Shown piece after piece: positions 52,640 to 64,000 of a stretch of 64,000 nucleotides of DNA. Positions within the stretch are counted from its first letter, which is position 1. Each line of letters opens with the position of its first letter. Both the position numbers and the translations under genes were made by a program. The notes beneath the pieces were generated by a model. It did no database searches and was not told the DNA's origin. It saw nothing but the letters and a program-made list of their open reading frames with translations. The DNA comes from Camelus dromedarius (Eukaryota). The DNA is taken from assembly GCF_036321535.1 (NCBI RefSeq), contig NC_087436.1, positions 106,952,001 through 107,016,000 of the forward strand, written 5' to 3'.

Positions 52640-52990
52640 CCAACTACTCTATATTTATTAGATTCTTACTGTGTGTCAGACACTGCGTTAAGCATCGTGC
52701 ATACATTACCCCATTTAATTCTCAAGATAACCGAATTAAAGAGGTTGTAAACCTGTACCGCTACAGTTTTTGAAACAGAAAAGTAAATAAAAGAAGTTAA
52801 GCAGGGGGAGGGTATAGCTCAATACTAAAGTGCATGCTTAACATGCACGAAGTCCTGGGTTCAAACTCCAGTAACTCCACTTAAGTTAATAAATAATTAA
52901 ACCTAATGACCTCCTCCTTGCGAAAAAAAAAGCTAAGTGATGTGTTACAGGACACATGGAGTCTCCTGCCTCTGATTCACACTCAGAGCT
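52640..52990 (-). mobile_element. MIR interrupted by a SINE
   Basis: atttattagattcttactgtgtgtcagacactgcgttaagc..catttaattctca, resuming ctaagtgatgtg after the SINE. Confidence 0.6.
52804..52931 (+). mobile_element. tRNA-Ala-derived SINE (camelid vic-1-like)
   Basis: gggggagggtatagctcaa..gcatgcttaacatgcacgaagtcctgggttcaaactcca..aacctaatgacctcc plus A-tail; homologous to the 49595 copy. Confidence 0.9.
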
Positions 52991-54629
52991 ATCTGACTTC
53001 ATGTGCTTTCTTAACCTCAACAGGATTCCTTCTCTGGGAGAAGAAAACTATTTTCACAGTATTTTCTAGCATCATAACTTTATCTAAGTCTTGGTCTATA
53101 AGATCATGATTGCTGAGCAATAATAATGCCCATGAATTATAGTAAGAAGCCTTGACATTTTTTTTAAACTGTGGGCCCTGTTCTTTGAGTAGTAAAGTAG
53201 AAAAAATATAATGCATTTTTTAAAAATTGTGATAGCATGAAAAGATGCTAAATAGGGTTCTCTTAAGGCCTCGTGGTTAAATTAATGTTGTTCTGAAGTA
53301 TCTTAGTTATGCAGGTTCTCACTGCCTTATACAAATAGTATTATATAACAGATCTTATGGCTGGAGCATTGTGTGAAGCATTGTGTGATTCCTGAGATAC
53401 TTATTTTGACTCATCAAATATACAGGCATAAAATAAAAGATCAGGAAACACCTAAACCAGAGACATTTTGGATGTCAAGAGCTTAAACTGTTCTTATAGT
53501 AAGTTCCCAGAGCCTGACAACTTAAGTTGTTCCTTGTTTGGTCTGATTTCTCACTGGCAGGGAAACAAGGGTTTGGAGCATGTAACGAGACTCTGTACAG
53601 CTAGATCAACACAGCTTATCCATCCTGGGGCTGACACTGCCTCCCTCCTTCCTTCCCCTTGTGTGTATGTTGGAGCAGGGAGAGGGGATCTCTATCTCTT
53701 TTCCTTATGAAGTCTGGCCGGGCATTGCTACTGAGTGGTTTCTTTGTAGACTAGACACTGGAAAAGACTAAAGCAGCCTAAGGGACAGGAGAGAAACAGA
53801 ACAACAGAGAGACACAGTAACAGCTAACTTCCTGAAAGGAACGCCATTGTGGCACACGGCGGTCTGAGCCTTTCAATGCACAGGGCAGAATCGAGCGCTC
53901 CAAACCTTCCTTTGCTCATGCCCTGAAATGTGAAAAGGATTGTCTTAGTTTTCATTATTTTCTTTTATTCATCCGCTCAGTGAGAGCTAATGAAACAAAA
54001 AGCTAGTTCTCTACCACCGCTGCTCTCTGAGCGAACCGTGGAGGAAGGGGCGTTCCCATCCTTATTCCTGCTCTTCTTGGATTGTTTCTGAGCCCAAGTA
54101 AGCAATTCTCTTGGTGAGACAAATTCTCCTGGATGACAGGATCATCTTCTCCAAGCTCTCAGCCTTTCTCATGAAGTCCAGATGAATACCACATAGTCCA
54201 TTGGCCAAATCGATGCAGCATTAATATACTGGAAGCCAAGAGTTACCAAAGGTCTGAAATCCCTTATCCTCGTGAAAACTGACAGCGTAATTTTTCCATG
54301 CTTGCTCTTTCTCTTGATTATCCGATAGGTTGAACACAACATTCGGAGAGGCAACTTGATGGTGAAATAGACGTTTTAGAGCCCTGTGAACTCTCAAAAC
54401 GTCCTTAACCTTTCTGCACTTTAGTTTCTGAGTATGTGACCAGAATAATAAAGCCTAATTAAGGACAGGAGGGGCTGAAAAGTTTTAGTTAGATGAAATA
54501 TTAAATGACTTCTTTCATTCATTTGGCCAACAAACATTTTAAGTTCTTACCATGTTCCAGTACTACACAAGGCCTGGGTATAGTAAAATGAAACCTTCAA
54601 AGAATTTATAGTCTAAAACTGAAACAAAG

Positions 54630-55093
54630 ACTCTGGAATTCAGGTTCTCCATGAACTTGGTTTGAAATAATAATTATATCTTTAGTTTGTTCACCTGTAC
54701 TAAAATTTAGCATTTTTAAAAATTAGCGGACTTGTAAACAACAAACCACTGTAGCACTTTGTCACAAGTAAAAATTATAGATATAATTTTGGAGTGGCAG
54801 AAGATATACTGAAATGTTGTTTTTACTCACTGCTACTTCCAAATTATAATAATCGTTAGTGGATTTGTTGCTAAGCTGTCTTAACGAATGTTTTAACATT
54901 TTTATTAAATATATCTAATAGATATAGTATACCACAATATATTTTGTTAACATTTTGGTAACTTTATATCATGATAACTTTTTACCATATGTATTTTTGT
55001 TTTATGTGTTTAACAACATGGTTCTGAGGATGGGTCAAGGGGCTTCATCAGATTGCCAAAGGTGGTCACGGTGTAATAGGGTTAAGAATCCTG
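54630..55093. mobile_element. hAT-Charlie remnant (Charlie7/MER119-like)
   Basis: End ggcttcatcagattgccaaagg..gggttaagaatcctg. Confidence 0.6.
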
Positions 55094-55181
55094 GCTCTAG
55101 AAAAAGTGATGTTTAAGTGAATCAATAGTTCTAGTACATTAATAGTTAATGTCATGGCAGGAATAAAGTCACAGTCTGAAT

Positions 55182-55183
<2 letters not shown>

Positions 55184-55217
<34 letters not shown>
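55184..55217. repeat. (GT)17 microsatellite
   Basis: Perfect dinucleotide run read directly. Confidence 0.97.
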
Positions 55218-55220
<3 letters not shown>

Positions 55221-55239
55221 TGTGTAGTGAGGTGTTAAG

Positions 55240-55790
55240 GCGAGCAGTCCTGGAAAGTTAGTCTTGGAAGATTTCAATAGTAAACAATACTTTAAGCCTT
55301 GAAGAAGAGGTGAAAATCAGCCAGATCAAAAATAGATCAGGGAAAGGGTAAGATGTGAGAGAAGGAAGATGGACATTGGGCGGCAAGGGCGGAAGCAGGG
55401 AGGTGTGAGAAGGCTGGGTGTACCTGGCATCCTGTCCACAGAGAACATGGACAATGAGGCCAGGGAGGTCAGTGGGGGCCAGACTAGGAGAGGATCTGGA
55501 TGCCTTGCCTTGTGAAGGAATTTGATCATTATCCTAGATGACGTGTGGGAGCCACGGCAGTATTTTTAGCAGAAGGATGCTGTCAGCAGATTTGTGTTTT
55601 AGAAACAGCACCCCGGCTGTATGGTGGAGGATGGAGTACTGGGGTGTTGCAATTGCAGGGGTGGCGGGAGGCAGTCGGGGGAGGAACAAGAGCTATTATG
55701 AGCCTTTGGTAGCAATCCAGGCAAGAGACAACAAGGAGCTGAACCATGGCAGTGTCAGAGTGTGAAATTGCTTTGTAGAGTAGAGAATGT
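55240..55790 (-). mobile_element. L2 fragment
   Basis: gggagccacggcagtatttttagcag..agatttgtgttttagaaa..gcaatccaggcaagaga. Confidence 0.75.
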
Positions 55791-56850
55791 CACTGTGGTA
55801 TTGAGAGAAGGAAGGAAGAAAAGAGAGAGGGATACAGAAGGAAAGCAGTAAGGGAGAGAAGGGAGACAGAGGAAGTGAGTCTTCAGCTAAGTAGACATTT
55901 GAAGTCAAAGTGTTTCATTAAACTACGATCGCAACTGATAGTCTGCCCCGAGGTGGTATAAGGTTACCAGGACTCCATGTCTCAGCCATTCAGCCGCATG
56001 GTTCTGAATGGTTCTACTGAAAACTAATCAGGACTCTTCTTCTGTGGTTCAATTGTAGCCCCAAGAGCCACCGCCCAGGTGAGCTCAGTGAACAGAGCCT
56101 GTTGCCAAAAACACATTCAAAAGGTAGCAGGAATGGGAACACAATTTCTTTTTGACAGTCAGCAGTAGCTAGGTTTGTTTACATGTTCCCAGAGACTAAC
56201 ATATAAATACACACACAGTTCTGGAATTTGGTATTTAAGGAAAGTAACATAGGCTGTGTATCAAAGTAGATTCGGTATGAGGGAGTTGTCAGAGCACATC
56301 TAATGGTGTAATCTGACCCAGAAGAAGTAAATTAACATATGCCCGTTCTAACATGGGAAATTGGAATGAAAAAAAAAAAGTCTAAAAGCAATTATGCAAA
56401 GTAATACCTGAGGATGGCTTTAAGAGAACCAAACTGTTTCTACTGAGCTCAATTATGTCAATTCTTCAGTTCTTTTTCTTTCCTTTTATTTCCCCTCTTA
56501 AATTAATTATTGGTGTCAAGTAGCAATTACCTATTAGACACCATTGAAGCTATTTTTAAGAGTTTTGAGATTATTGAAACTGGTTCTTTTATATGACTCT
56601 ATTCCAAAAAAAAAAAAAAAAAAAGACATCCTACTTTCATCTTGATGAATTCCTGAACAACTGAAAAATTGTCCAGAAGAGAGCAAGTCTGATTTTGGAA
56701 AATACTCAAAGTCAATGATACTAAGATGGGAATCTCATTCAAAAGACATGGTTATGCACATAGATGAAGTTACATGTAACTTCCAGGAGAGATCTTAATT
56801 TAAACTCTCTCCATTCTGCACCAAAGGTTCTATTCAAATTTTGCAATTCA

Positions 56851-57014
56851 CACAGGGGATATTCAATATATTGTAATAGCCTATAATGAAAAAGAATATG
56901 AAAAGAATATATATAACTGAATCACTATGCTATACACCAGAAATTAACACAACCTGTAAACTGACTGTACTTCAATTAAAAAATCCAAGAAACAAAAACT
57001 AAAAAACAGAAACA
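56851..57014 (+). mobile_element. Short L1 3' end with A-rich tail and 15 bp TSD
   Basis: ataactgaatcactatgctatacaccagaaattaacacaac..cttcaattaaaaaa; TSD aaattttgcaattca (56836-56850) / aaagtttgcaattca (57015-57029). Confidence 0.92.
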
Positions 57015-59004
57015 AAAGTTTGCAATTCAGCAAATCCACATCGACTTACTTTTCAATGAGTTCACTTTTATGTAACAGAGGGATAGGCAAATGTAGATTA
57101 CACCAAATGAAGAGGAAAAGCAAAAGAAACCATTAGTGTAAAAGTTCAGGAAAGCAGTGACATCACAAAAGCATAAAATTAAATTTAAACAGATCAACAA
57201 GCTATTTTAGGATAAAACTTATATGAAGGGTGCTACTTCCCTATTAAGCAGATCAACATCTAAATCCCTGCCTTAAACAATGTCGATGGTATTTCTGAAG
57301 ATAAAGCCTAGGACATTCTTGTTCCCAAGACTTAGGATACAAAAAAAAATATGTGCGATTTCTTTGCATGGAACCTTTTCCATTTTGAGGAACTGGGTTT
57401 GTGTGAACATCTGCCAAACCAACAGAAAAATAAGCTCTTATTTTACAGTTTTCATAGAGCCAGAAGCATTTTCAACACATTCCAAAAGCCCCTAATGATG
57501 CCTCACCCAATTCAGCCTTCTGAAGCTAGTACATAATTAATGAGATAGTGGAAGTTCTCTAGAATTAGTTTTCATCTGAATAAAGGTGCCTGATGTTTAT
57601 CAGCACCCTTTGTACTCATTGTTGCCTTGAATATCCTGAGCTTCCTGTTGGTACAGGGAACTATCAATTTGCTGATTAATCTTTTTATCTGATCATTATA
57701 GATTGTAACTCTTAGTCTATAACCTTTACACACACTGCTATTGTGGTTAAATAAAACACAATACAAAATAATTAACCTGTTCCCATATTGATAACTCTCT
57801 TCCAGGCAAGAGCAGAAGTTAAGACTTCAATTTGACAACTGGACATTCATATTTTTTAGAGAAAAATATAAATAGAGGATGAATATACAATCTTTACTCC
57901 TTTAATATAAATTGCTCAGGAAGAAATAGTATGGAGCCTTGGGGAAATCAACAACTTCTTCAATTGGATTGCTTCTGTCACTGTATGGATACAGTCTTGT
58001 TTGATGTCCTCCTACCATTTGTCTTGTATGGAGTCTTTTATCTAAATCCAAAGTAATGCAGTCATCAGGGCTGCAATTCAATAATGGCTCCACAGGAGCT
58101 GTCATCCACAGTTTGCTATTCATCTTGTAAAAGGCTTTGAGTTTTCAAAGTACCAACTAAGGTTGGCATTTCAATGCCGCAGACAGATCGCTTAAAGTTC
58201 TTTTGTGTTCACAAGAAAGGGAGTGAAATTGAGAATGGGGGGAGATTAAATGGCCAACCTGCTACTCCACCTGACTACCTAGGGGTAACCCCAAGCTACC
58301 CAAGGGAGTGAAGACATTAGGTGATCTGACCCTCTCAGTAATGGGACATTATGATGAATGGGAGACTTATTGAGTGATGTTGTGTTCACACTGAGCTCCA
58401 CTGCTATAATTAAAAGGCAACAAATTTATGGAAATTGACCAGAAAAGGCAAAGTTAAAAAAAAGAAAAAGCAATGATGGGAAGAGAATTGAAACATTTTC
58501 AGAGTCAAAGCATTTTAGAACTAAAAACATGGTTAATAGATTTAGAGATGCATAAACTAAAGCTGACGATATGAATTAATAGGTCCAAGTTCTCATGAAT
58601 GGCTGTTTTTCTTTGTATGCCAACAGGCTGGACTGGGATTACTCTCACTGCATCTGACTGTTGAGTTCTTTGGTTGGAAGTATAGATATTTCCCTATTCT
58701 ATTCAGACTCAGTTTCCTCATTCTTTCAAGACCATGATGGGTACATTAGGAATGACGAGACTAAGAAAGCATAGAGTAAGAGTTCCTGGAACTGTAAAGT
58801 TATTAAACCAAAAACAACTTCACCAGATCCCTGACATTCATGTATTTGCTTGATGGCCCCTGAGTATAAAGGAGAGCAGAGACACAACCTGATGACTGAA
58901 GCCACCCAACTCCCGTACTAATTCCCTGTGACTTTGGCCCTTGGCTTGCACTTTCGGAATGGGGAGGTTATATTGGAGGAGCTATAACATCATAAAAACG
59001 GTTC

Positions 59005-59170
59005 AGAGTAGTAGTGAAAACCTAGATTCTAAGTCCAGTTCTGTCACTGTGATTAATTATATAATCTTGGGCGAGTTGTTTGGTTTCTAGGCTTCAATTT
59101 CCCTAACTAATGAAAGATTTTGAATAAGAGATTTCAAAAGTACTTTTCTTCCCAAACATACTATGACTCT
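59005..59170 (+). mobile_element. MIR3-like SINE
   Basis: acctagattctaagtccagttctgtcact..tcttgggcgagtt..gcttcaatttccc. Confidence 0.65.
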
Positions 59171-59214
59171 GTGACTGTGATAGGTGACGACTGTATTTTC
59201 TGCACAGGTCACAG

Positions 59215-59680
59215 GCTCATTCATTCACACACACACGAACCCCATCAACAATATCAATGACTATGCATTGAGTTCCTTCTATTTGTCAAGTGCTGTGTGA
59301 GTGGCTGAGAATAGAAAGGGTTTTAAAAGCATATTTGGTTCCTGCCTTTATGGAACTTGCAGTCTAGTGAAGAGGACAGATATTTTATCAATAACAGCAG
59401 CAGTTGTACACTTATAATTGTGGTAAATGCTAAAACAGGGGAAAATGCAGAGTGTTGTAAAATTGACCTGATTGAAGCCTCCCTGAAGATATAATAAATA
59501 AACTGAAGTCTAAAAGCTGGGGAGGTGATCTTTTTTGCCATGATCAGTCTAATCTTCATCTTGAAAAGACTCAAGAATCACTGAAAGATTTTAAGCCAAA
59601 TATAGCATAATCGGACCTGTATTTGCATCAGATTTTAGAACGACCATTTTTTGAAAGGATAAAGAGTTGAAGCTGAGCAA
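59215..59680 (-). mobile_element. L2 3' fragment
   Basis: cattcattc..gcattgagttccttctatttgtcaagtgctgtg..cctgcctttatggaacttgcagtctagtg. Confidence 0.7.
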
Positions 59681-60597
59681 AACTAGAAGCAACATTGATG
59701 TTCCTCATAAGACAAAACAAGTGGAACTAATTTTCAGCAGCAGTATTGGGAGACACAATAGTGCTTTAACTTTGCAATGCCAAGAATTGAGGCAGGACAC
59801 AAGTAGAGAGATGTGTATGATTGCTCCTTCAAATCTAGCTCTAAGCGTTGGACCCTAAATTTAAAAGTATCACTTTCTTGCAACTTGTGACCATGTTCCA
59901 GAGTTTTCTGTCTATTCACCAATGTTAGTTTAAAAAGATATATGTTGACTTTAAAGAAAACAAAATTTCTCCATCCTTCTTCTGTTTATGCATCATTCAA
60001 TGATGAATGCCATGAGACCAAGTGTTAATATCTGTGGCACTCATAAATGATTCTGGCGAATACCAAAGCTGAATCATTACCTTATAATGATTGAGCCAAA
60101 ATTTTACCAGTCCTACTATATGGTCCATAATCTTTTAAATATCATTTTGTGAACTTGCTTCTCAGAAAGGTCGCAGGTAAATGAGAAATCTTGATTGAGC
60201 ATTTTGAAGGCTGTTCACAGTGACTGACATATTACTAAAAAGGAGGAATTTCTAAGCAGATCCGAAATATTTCCTCAGAGTAACTTCTAAATGTTCTGTC
60301 ACACCCATAGTTAAAGCAGGGAAGATAATTTATTTTGGTTTGAAACTCCCTTTTCAAAATTTTTATTACTTACAATTCTTTTCACGAATATATCCATCTT
60401 TCCAAATTGATGTTCTCAGTGTTCCAAAATAAGTTTTATGTAATTCCATCTTCACCCTTTACATCAACTCATGCCTACATGTTTCATCCATGTTACAATC
60501 TTCTATTTAACTGTAATTATTCCTTCAAAGCCAAGCTCAAAATTTTCCTTCTCAAGGAAGATGTTCCATGGTCTCTCTCCCTCTAAATTTCTAAAGG

Positions 60598-60808
60598 TTT
60601 TTTAAAAATTTTTTATTGAAGTAAAGTCAGTTACAATGTGTCAGTTTCTAGTGTACAGCACAATGTTTCAGTCATGCATATACATACATATATTCATTTT
60701 CATATTTTTTTCATTAAAGGTTATTACAAGATATTGAATATAGTTCCCTATGCTATACAGAAGAAATTTTTTATCTGTTTTATATATAGTGGCTAACATT
60801 TGCAAATC
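60598..60808 (-). mobile_element. Short L1 3' end
   Basis: tttttattgaagtaaagtcagttacaatgtgtcagtttctagtgtacagc..ggttattacaagatattgaatatagttccc; similar to 15665-15870. Confidence 0.9.
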
Positions 60809-61439
60809 AGAGTTTATTACCCATAGTATCCTTGATCTTTAATATCATTACACTAAGTTATTTTAGCTTTGATATATATTTTAGTATATATTTAATATCA
60901 CCTAAAGTAATAGGTGAGAAATATTTGTTGATTGGTTAAAATAGTACCAATTGAAGAATGCTTCACATCCTTCAAGAAGATAAGATAGAATACCTTCAAT
61001 ATAAAAAATAAAGTTATAATCATGATATTACCAAGGAAACATTAATTTGGATTAATTTTTCTAAACTGTGGCAAAAGGTACTGGATGGTTTCTAATATCA
61101 AGAGTTAACAAGGTCAGGGAAATAAAAATAGGATATGAATTATAAAACCTGGTCCAAAATCTCTGCTGCTACCTGGGACATTTATGTAGTGAATACAGCC
61201 TTTGCTAAAATTAATGTTTTGGACCATTATTAGAGGACTTTATGGTATTAACTAGATATTAATAAAATTTAAGAGGCAGACACACTCAGCCTTCTCCAAA
61301 CCCATCAAATTATAGCTTCCATGACATCCCCTGAAAATAGCAAGACAAAAGAGAATATGGAACTTCAAATTTATTGTGGGTTTGGAAAATTATTGTAGCT
61401 GGTGCTTAAAGAAAGCATGCAGAGCACATCAGCCGAGGT

Positions 61440-61835
61440 GCACGGGTCTCACCCTACGCGATCTGGTCCTGCCTTCCTTTCCTGTCTCATCTTGCACCAG
61501 TCAGCTTAGGCTCTAGCTTCACTGGATTTCTCTCTAGTCATTGAGCTGGCAGAGCCGATCCACATTCTGGCTCTTCACGCTGCTTGGAGTGTTCTTTGCA
61601 TGGATCATTGCATGGCTCATTCCTTTTTGTCATTCATGGTTTAACTGAGATGTCACCTTCTCAGATTGGTCTTCTGCTCACCTGGTTTGAAGCAAGATTC
61701 CATCCATCAAACTCGATCTCTATCATCAAGGTTTGTTTTCATTATAATATAGCATATTGTAGTATAATAGATCATATATGTATACATTTGATATGTGATA
61801 TACACATGTTTATATCTAGTCCAGTAGAATCACTC
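61440..61835 (+). mobile_element. L2 fragment
   Basis: cgatctggtcctgcc..gctctagcttcactgg..atggctcattcc..agatgtcaccttctcaga. Confidence 0.6.
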
Positions 61836-62574
61836 ACAGAGTCTTCCTCCAAGGTGGGAAGGCTCCTCACCTCCTTGAACATCTTTGCTTTGACTCCCCA
61901 CCAAAATAACAGTGGGGAGTCAATCTCCGCTCTTCCAGATGTCTCTTATGAAAGTTGGATGTCATTAATTACATCCTCTTCAAAATGCAGGGGTTTTGCA
62001 TTAGGTTCCTAGTGGTCCATTTAAGGTGCTATCTCCTTACTGGAGGTGAACGGTGAAGTAATCCCACCTCTTACCCAGGGGGATCGAGTCTTATACCACA
62101 GAGCTCCCCGAAGACATCTTTCTCCCATCTCCCTTAATCCCGTGATGCCTCTGTACACCTCAAGTGAAGGGTGAAAGCATTTGCAAACTGTTCCCTGAAC
62201 ACTCCTGTAAATTCTGTTTGGTGCTTATTCTCATATTACCTGATATGTTCAAGTTTCGATCTTAACCCAAATCTGTTTTAATAATTCAGCACTTTAAAAA
62301 TTATTTTTAACTAGTATGTTTTCTTTCTCAGGAAAAAACAAAAAAAAAAACGTCTTTCGCAGATCCCACTTTTGTTTTGTATTTGGAAGCACCAAACAAC
62401 AGGGGAAAAGCTAGAAAAAACCGACACGGTCTAGAAGAAACATGGAGCAGGAAAGAAAGAAAAACAAGCAAACAACAATAAAAACAAGCCCTGAGTTTAC
62501 CAGCTCCAAAGAAAATAGATGATCACTGTTATTTTAAGGGGAGAAGGTATGTGTCAGCTCTGTGAATTAGGTTC

Positions 62575-62912
62575 ATTAGCTCTCCAACATTTTGAACAAA
62601 TTTTCAACTCTTAATAATTAATGAGATACCTCAAAAGCATTTATGTGGATTATATCTACCAATACTTACTGTATTAGAAATTAAAAGAGAAGTTTTAAAA
62701 TACTAGAATATGTGTGTATTCCTTTAACCATCAAAACAACATCATCACATTTCATGCACCTTCTGGAAAACTCAGCAATTCACTCATGAGAAAATAAGAA
62801 TGAAAAAGGTAAATAATATCTTAATACAGTTTTGAAAATAGTTTTGGCCTCTTGGTGTTCCTGGAAGGGTCAGGGATCCTCAGGTATCTGAAGATTCTAT
62901 TTTTGAGAACTG
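62575..62912. mobile_element. hAT-Charlie-type MITE
   Basis: actcttaataattaatgag..tttatgtggattatatcta..gtattagaaattaaaa..ttttgagaactg. Confidence 0.65.
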
Positions 62913-63583
62913 TTAAACAAAGTTGTCAGTAACTAGTATCATTTTGTGAGGGGCTTTCAAAAACACAAATGTGAATTGTAACTACTCACAAGCAAATTAT
63001 CATCTTCGGCAACTGCTTGTGAGTATAAACCTTTCCAGGATTCTCAAGTCAGATAAAGAATCAAACTGATGGAAATTAAAATACAGCCTGTCTGGCTTTA
63101 AGGAATTTGACTGATTTGACATATATCTAAATCAATTTGTCTTTCCTGTTACACTTTATTTATTAACTATATTTATCAGAAAAGAAATAGTCAACATAAC
63201 AATTTTGTCCATTTATATTGGCATACAATCTATGTTTATTGATAGATCCCAAAAATAAAACATTGATTTTCCTTTTTCTCTTTTTTGAATAAGTTATGAA
63301 CATTATTCATACCTGCAGCATAAAACAAACTTCAAATTTAGACCATCTCCAACAGCACTGGGAAATGTCACCTCAAAGATAATAATGTAATTGCACTGTC
63401 TCACTAAGAAAGCCAAACTTGCATGAGTTCCCTTCACAAAGAAGAGCCTGGCCTACTTTATGAAACACCCCAGAGGACATTTCCAAGTATCAATATCACT
63501 GACTCAGACAATTTATTAAGATATTCTTTCAAAAGTATTCTCTAAGAATTATTCTTTCCTCCTTTGTACTTAAACAATTACCT

Positions 63584-63585
<2 letters not shown>

Positions 63586-63623
<38 letters not shown>
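63586..63623. repeat. (AT)19 microsatellite
   Basis: Perfect dinucleotide run read directly. Confidence 0.97.
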
Positions 63624-63626
<3 letters not shown>

Positions 63627-64000
63627 TTTATTAAGAATACTTGCCCTGAAGGAGGGATTTAACAAAAGTTTCCACATGTCCAGAGTGGCAGAGATGGTGG
63701 TTAAACCTGAGATTCAGTGGATGTCCCACGGTGTTGCTATGATAAAGTTTGGGATGAATGGCTCCTGCCTGGTGCAGGAGGGAATTCACAGAGATTGCAT
63801 GTCAGAGAACTAAGTGTCAGCCAGAGCGGGAGCTCAGCCAGCAAGGAGAGAAAGTGAGCTCCTCACCCTACTTTGCTGGTGCAAAGAATGCAAAGACAAA
63901 TCTCACCAGTAGCAGTTCCAACCCAGAGGCAACCAAGATGAATATTGCCCTCCATGTTTGCCAGGATAATAGGTAAATCCTGCTCCAGAATATAGGGAAA

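Noticed and set aside
54169..54420. Open frames on the minus strand (e.g. ..DNQEKEQAWKNYAVSFHEDKGFQTFGNSWLPVY)
   Set aside because: Unrecognised peptide and no convincing acceptor; cannot support as an exon without a database search.
57902..58123. 73 aa minus-strand ORF in unique DNA
   Set aside because: No recognisable homology or supporting gene structure.
61584..62012. 142 aa ORF
   Set aside because: TTG start, overlaps an L2 fragment and low-complexity AT sequence.
1..64000. CRISPR array, operon or other prokaryotic/viral system
   Set aside because: No repeat-spacer array, no long ORFs and no gag/pol/env remnants seen; the sequence is repeat-rich mammalian DNA.

Overview
AT-rich, CpG-depleted placental-mammal DNA, most likely camelid. 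Two tRNA-Ala-derived SINEs resemble the camelid vic-1 family, and I saw no Alu, Bov-tA, PRE-1 or CAN-SINE. I find no supportable host protein-coding exon, structural RNA gene or CRISPR/prokaryote-type system. The ORF track consists of LINE-1 remnants, antisense repeat ORFs or unrecognisable short ORFs. The window looks intergenic or deep-intronic, roughly half transposon-derived (L1 of several ages, L2, L3/CR1, MIR, MaLR/ERV LTRs, hAT MITEs). The most interesting signals concern L1 architecture: (1) a 5'-complete, TSD-flanked L1 with ORF1 but most of ORF2 deleted (half-L1/HAL1-like) at 14.9-19.5 kb; (2) a younger L1 joined into it at the homologous position with a ~45 bp duplication; (3) two 5'-inverted (twin-priming type) L1s; (4) a ~70 bp L1 filler at a deletion junction. 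Several candidate enhancers, hairpins and non-coding exon-like segments are reported with low confidence. Repeat subfamily names are from memory of consensus sequences, and most boundaries are approximate; RepeatMasker/Dfam is needed to confirm them.
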